Virus record (IMG/VR): IMGVR_UViG_3300031248_000002
Length of the DNA stretch: 64,000 bases
Origin: a virus
Reading direction: 5' to 3' (one strand)
The notes beneath the pieces were generated by a model that was not told the origin of the DNA, made no database searches, and saw nothing but the letters and a program-made list of their open reading frames with translations. Positions 61,606 through 64,000 of the stretch are shown piece after piece. A program made the position numbers and the translations under genes. How positions within the stretch are numbered: position 1 is the first letter of the stretch; each line of letters starts with the position of its first letter.

Positions 61606-61682
61606 TGCGGGGTATATCAGCCCGGCAGATTGCAAGGTTCATGACCTTGAGGACGTTGGTTCAAATCCAACCCCCGCTACCA
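61606..61682 (+). tRNA. tRNA with CAT anticodon (Met, or Ile2/initiator-like), CCA encoded
   Basis: Hand-folded. Anticodon stem CAAGG/CCTTG with loop TTCATGA, and T arm GTTGG-TTCAAAT-CCAAC. The acceptor has 6 bp (GCGGGG/CCCCGC) plus a U1xU72 mismatch, and the D stem is weak. Confidence 0.75.
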
Positions 61683-61695
61683 ATAAAGGTGACCT

Positions 61696-62097
61696 ATGAG
61701 TTTACCGAGGGTCGGGAAATTCTCGCAGGACGTGACCCTCACTTGGTCCGACGCTAGTTTATTTGACGGATTTATTCTAGTCGGACTTGTTCCTCCTACT
61801 TCGGGCACAGACTGGTCGTCGATCGCTTTGTCCGGATACTACCCGACCCAACGGGTTCCGGTGTTTGCTCGGGTGCCGATTAAAGCCGGTAAGTATAACT
61901 CGGTCGCGGGGTTGTTTTTTACCGCCGACCTGGAACCGCCGTCAACTCGGTACATCGCTTGGTGGTACGACGCGACCGGCCGACAAATTACCGGCCCGTC
62001 CGCGCAGTTCCAGGTAACCTCAGACCCGTTCACCCCGCCGACTCCGACGTTAACCGCGCCGTCAGTCGGTTCCACTAACCCAACTCCGGACACATAA
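61696..62097 (+). CDS. hypothetical beta-rich protein (133 aa), head-decoration candidate
   Basis: ORF downstream of the capsid gene with a Pro/Thr tail. The role is positional only. Confidence 0.45.
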   Translation: MSLPRVGKFSQDVTLTWSDASLFDGFILVGLVPPTSGTDWSSIALSGYYPTQRVPVFARVPIKAGKYNSVAGLFFTADLEPPSTRYIAWWYDATGRQITGPSAQFQVTSDPFTPPTPTLTAPSVGSTNPTPDT

Positions 62098-62099
62098 TC

Positions 62100-62321
62100 A
62101 TGCTGGCGATTCTATTACAAGACCCGATCACACCGAACAGTTGGGCGGCGCTAGGCGTTGGCGGTGTTCTTGCGCTTATTACGTTTCTGTTCTATCGCGA
62201 AGATAGAAAAGCGGACGCGGTTAGGTGGCAGAATATAGCGAATGATTTCAAATCTATAATTATCAACAACACGGAGGCGATGACCGAATTGGTCACGTTG
62301 GTACGAAATGCTCCTCGTTAA
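62100..62321 (+). CDS. single-TM small protein (73 aa), holin-like candidate
   Basis: One TM segment, WAALGVGGVLALITFLF, is followed by a charged tail. Confidence 0.4.
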   Translation: MLAILLQDPITPNSWAALGVGGVLALITFLFYREDRKADAVRWQNIANDFKSIIINNTEAMTELVTLVRNAPR

Positions 62322-62955
62322 AGATTCTGCGGCGGTCGAAGCTGCGCGGAAACGCGCGGCGCTAGACGCGTACCGTGAAACAGTCGCTAACTGGGCTAAA
62401 CTGGAATCCGCTAATTGCCAGTTCATGCTGGACCCGAAGACGGATTGTACCAATATCCCGTCCCGGTTAGGTTCGCCGATGACATCTGAGACCTTGGAAC
62501 GCCGGATCAAGAAACTCGTTCCCCGAATGCAGTTTCTCTCCGGACCGCTGTCCGATATCAAAGGGACTAAGAAAATGGTGTTGCCGGATGCGAACGGAGT
62601 TGAAATCTGGTCGTGTGTATACAACACCGGGTTACTGCCTGAGCGGTCGATTCGCGCGCGCGTGACGAAAGACGTAATCGATCCGGACGCGAAGTCTGTT
62701 CGGCGCGCGGATCTGCCGAAGTACGAGTTTATACCGGGCGAAGGGTATCGCTGGGACGAGACGCAGCCTGCGCCCGGTTTCAAGCGCGTGGAGTTGCCGT
62801 CCCATGAGATCCGCCGAGGTTGGCGTACTGTGCTGCTGATGATGATTGTCGGAGGTGTCGCATCTGTGGACGCGGTGGAGCGGGAGTTTTATTCCGACGA
62901 CACCCCAAGTTGGCAGCAGCATACGGGAAAGAAGAACCACGGGATACCGTGGTAA
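62308..62955 (+). CDS. hypothetical protein with C-terminal TM segment (215 aa)
   Basis: ORF with WRTVLLMMIVGGVASV near the C-terminus. Confidence 0.45.
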   Translation: MLLVKDSAAVEAARKRAALDAYRETVANWAKLESANCQFMLDPKTDCTNIPSRLGSPMTSETLERRIKKLVPRMQFLSGPLSDIKGTKKMVLPDANGVEIWSCVYNTGLLPERSIRARVTKDVIDPDAKSVRRADLPKYEFIPGEGYRWDETQPAPGFKRVELPSHEIRRGWRTVLLMMIVGGVASVDAVEREFYSDDTPSWQQHTGKKNHGIPW

Positions 62956-62983
62956 CGCGGTAGAATTTAATTGAGGAGATAAG

Positions 62984-63346
62984 ATGCCTAAAGGTATGGA
63001 AGGATTGACACCGGACGAACCGAGCGATTCGGTCGCGCGCCGGTTAGCCGAGTTGCAACTGCGGAAGCTGGAGAAAGAGCTTTCCGACGAAACAGCTACG
63101 CAGGAACAGATGAAGAAGTTCCGCATGATGAATGCGCTGGAAGCTAAGCGTAAGACGGAAGAACTCGCTATGACCCAGGCGATCTGTAATCATCGGAAAC
63201 CGAACAATGCGTCCGCTGTCGTCGGGTATCGGTCGCACCAGCACGTTGAGCAGTTTATTTGTCAAAACTGTTTCAAGGAATGGTTCGGGGCAGACGTACC
63301 GAACGGTCTACGGCCGAGCCGGGATCAGGTTGGCGGGCCGCTGTAA
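62984..63346 (+). CDS. hypothetical protein (120 aa)
   Basis: ORF with a GAGGAGA SD, a coiled-coil N-terminus, and CNH...H..CQNC. Confidence 0.45.
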   Translation: MPKGMEGLTPDEPSDSVARRLAELQLRKLEKELSDETATQEQMKKFRMMNALEAKRKTEELAMTQAICNHRKPNNASAVVGYRSHQHVEQFICQNCFKEWFGADVPNGLRPSRDQVGGPL

Positions 63347-63759
63347 TGTCTTACCAACTTACTGAGGACTCGACAAGCCCCGGCTTAAAAGCCCTTAACG
63401 ATAGAATTGCAGCTAGGAGCAAAGGAGAGATTATGATACACACGACAGGATACATGCAAGTATCCCCCGAGTCCAAAGAGAACGCAGAGGCGGTAAAGAA
63501 GCTAAAGGCGTTCGCAGATTGTTCCGACCGGAACAAAAATAACACCGCGTCATCCAATCAACTCGGCGTGTACACACGTCCTCACGGCGACGTTTGTCCA
63601 ACGTGTGGACATTGTCCGCATTGTGGACGCGGCGGGTATCAGACGCATCCGTTTTATCCACCGTACACAACGCCGTATTGGGGACAACCCTATTTAGGCG
63701 GAACCAGCGGTTTAATGCAGACGTCTGACAACATCTCGTGGAGTAAGTCTAGCGAGTAA
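63346..63759 (+). CDS. hypothetical protein with CPTCGHCPHCG motif (137 aa)
   Basis: ATG at 63346 overlaps the upstream stop (TAATG). The ORF-track version starts at 63259. Confidence 0.45.
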   Translation: MSYQLTEDSTSPGLKALNDRIAARSKGEIMIHTTGYMQVSPESKENAEAVKKLKAFADCSDRNKNNTASSNQLGVYTRPHGDVCPTCGHCPHCGRGGYQTHPFYPPYTTPYWGQPYLGGTSGLMQTSDNISWSKSSE

Positions 63760-63763
63760 CCAA

Positions 63764-64000
63764 TGGCCTCAAACTACAGACCGATCGCTGCATCTGATTT
63801 TGTCAAGACAATGGTCAAGAATCTGCCGATTGAAGACGTCGGACCGGCGATTCTCGATCGGGTCAGCAAAATAATCTGGATGGCGGCTCCGTGGCGTTGG
63901 ACGTTAGCGTCGTTTCCTGAAATCACGTTGGCGTCGAACACGCAGGATTATACGGTGGCGTTGCCAAACGACTTTCTATACGTCGTCACCGCGTCGATAA
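63764..64000 (+). CDS. 5' part of a paralogue of the 259-1011 protein (partial, runs off window)
   Basis: The frame stays open to the window end, and the N-terminal pattern is shared with the 259 ORF. Confidence 0.5.

Noticed and set aside
1-64000. Prophage or lysogeny module, and window equals a complete circular genome
   Set aside because: No integrase, repressor, att-like repeat or flanking bacterial genes were seen. The window ends do not overlap: the ORF at 63764 runs off the end, and a different ORF tail enters at position 1. The contig therefore extends beyond the window.

Overview
The window looks like a large part of a tailed dsDNA phage genome. It is at least 64 kb, about 50-55% GC, and runs off both window edges. 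No integrase or repressor is visible, so it is probably lytic. Genes are tightly packed and often translationally coupled through ATGA or TAATG overlaps.

Layout:
- A virion and packaging operon lies on the + strand at 47978-64000 and continues at 1-14081. In order it contains unknown structural proteins, a repeat-bearing tail fibre, an intein-containing large terminase, a portal with a long C-terminal coiled coil, a putative scaffold, a free-standing LAGLIDADG endonuclease, an HK97-fold (N4-like) major capsid protein, tRNA-Met, small and unknown proteins, a 776-aa tail protein, a second tail fibre, a GNAT, and three very large internal or ejection-type proteins.
- An early and replication block lies on the - strand at 47838-14078. 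It contains an HNH endonuclease, many mini-proteins, a PEP-synthase/PPDK-like His-swivel phosphotransferase next to a Cys-phosphatase, a nucleoside 2-deoxyribosyltransferase-like protein, a DnaQ-like exonuclease, a Cas4/RecB-like nuclease, tRNA-Gln, an RNA-ligase-like protein, an AAA_24 ATPase, tRNA-Ala and tRNA-Tyr, an intein-containing family-4 UDG-like protein, two metallophosphoesterases, a C5 DNA methyltransferase, a family A DNA polymerase, a dATP/dGTP diphosphohydrolase-like protein and a RepA/DnaB-like ATPase.

Most interesting observations:
1. A dikinase-like enzyme with an unrecognised C-terminal domain sits next to a CX5R phosphatase fused to four Zn-ribbon repeats, within a run of Cys-rich mini-proteins.
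2. The UDG-like gene carries an intein whose endonuclease looks Vsr/DUF559-like. The terminase carries an intein whose LAGLIDADG domain is a paralogue of the free-standing endonuclease.
3. The DNA polymerase and the adjacent 83-aa ORF share a 12-aa N-terminal peptide that is conserved despite synonymous nucleotide divergence. It resembles an Hda-type beta-clamp motif.
4. A repeat- and hairpin-rich 0.6-kb control region lies at 45.5-46.1 kb.
5. Several structured non-coding gaps occur in otherwise dense operons.

All functional calls come from motif recognition by eye. No database searches were run.
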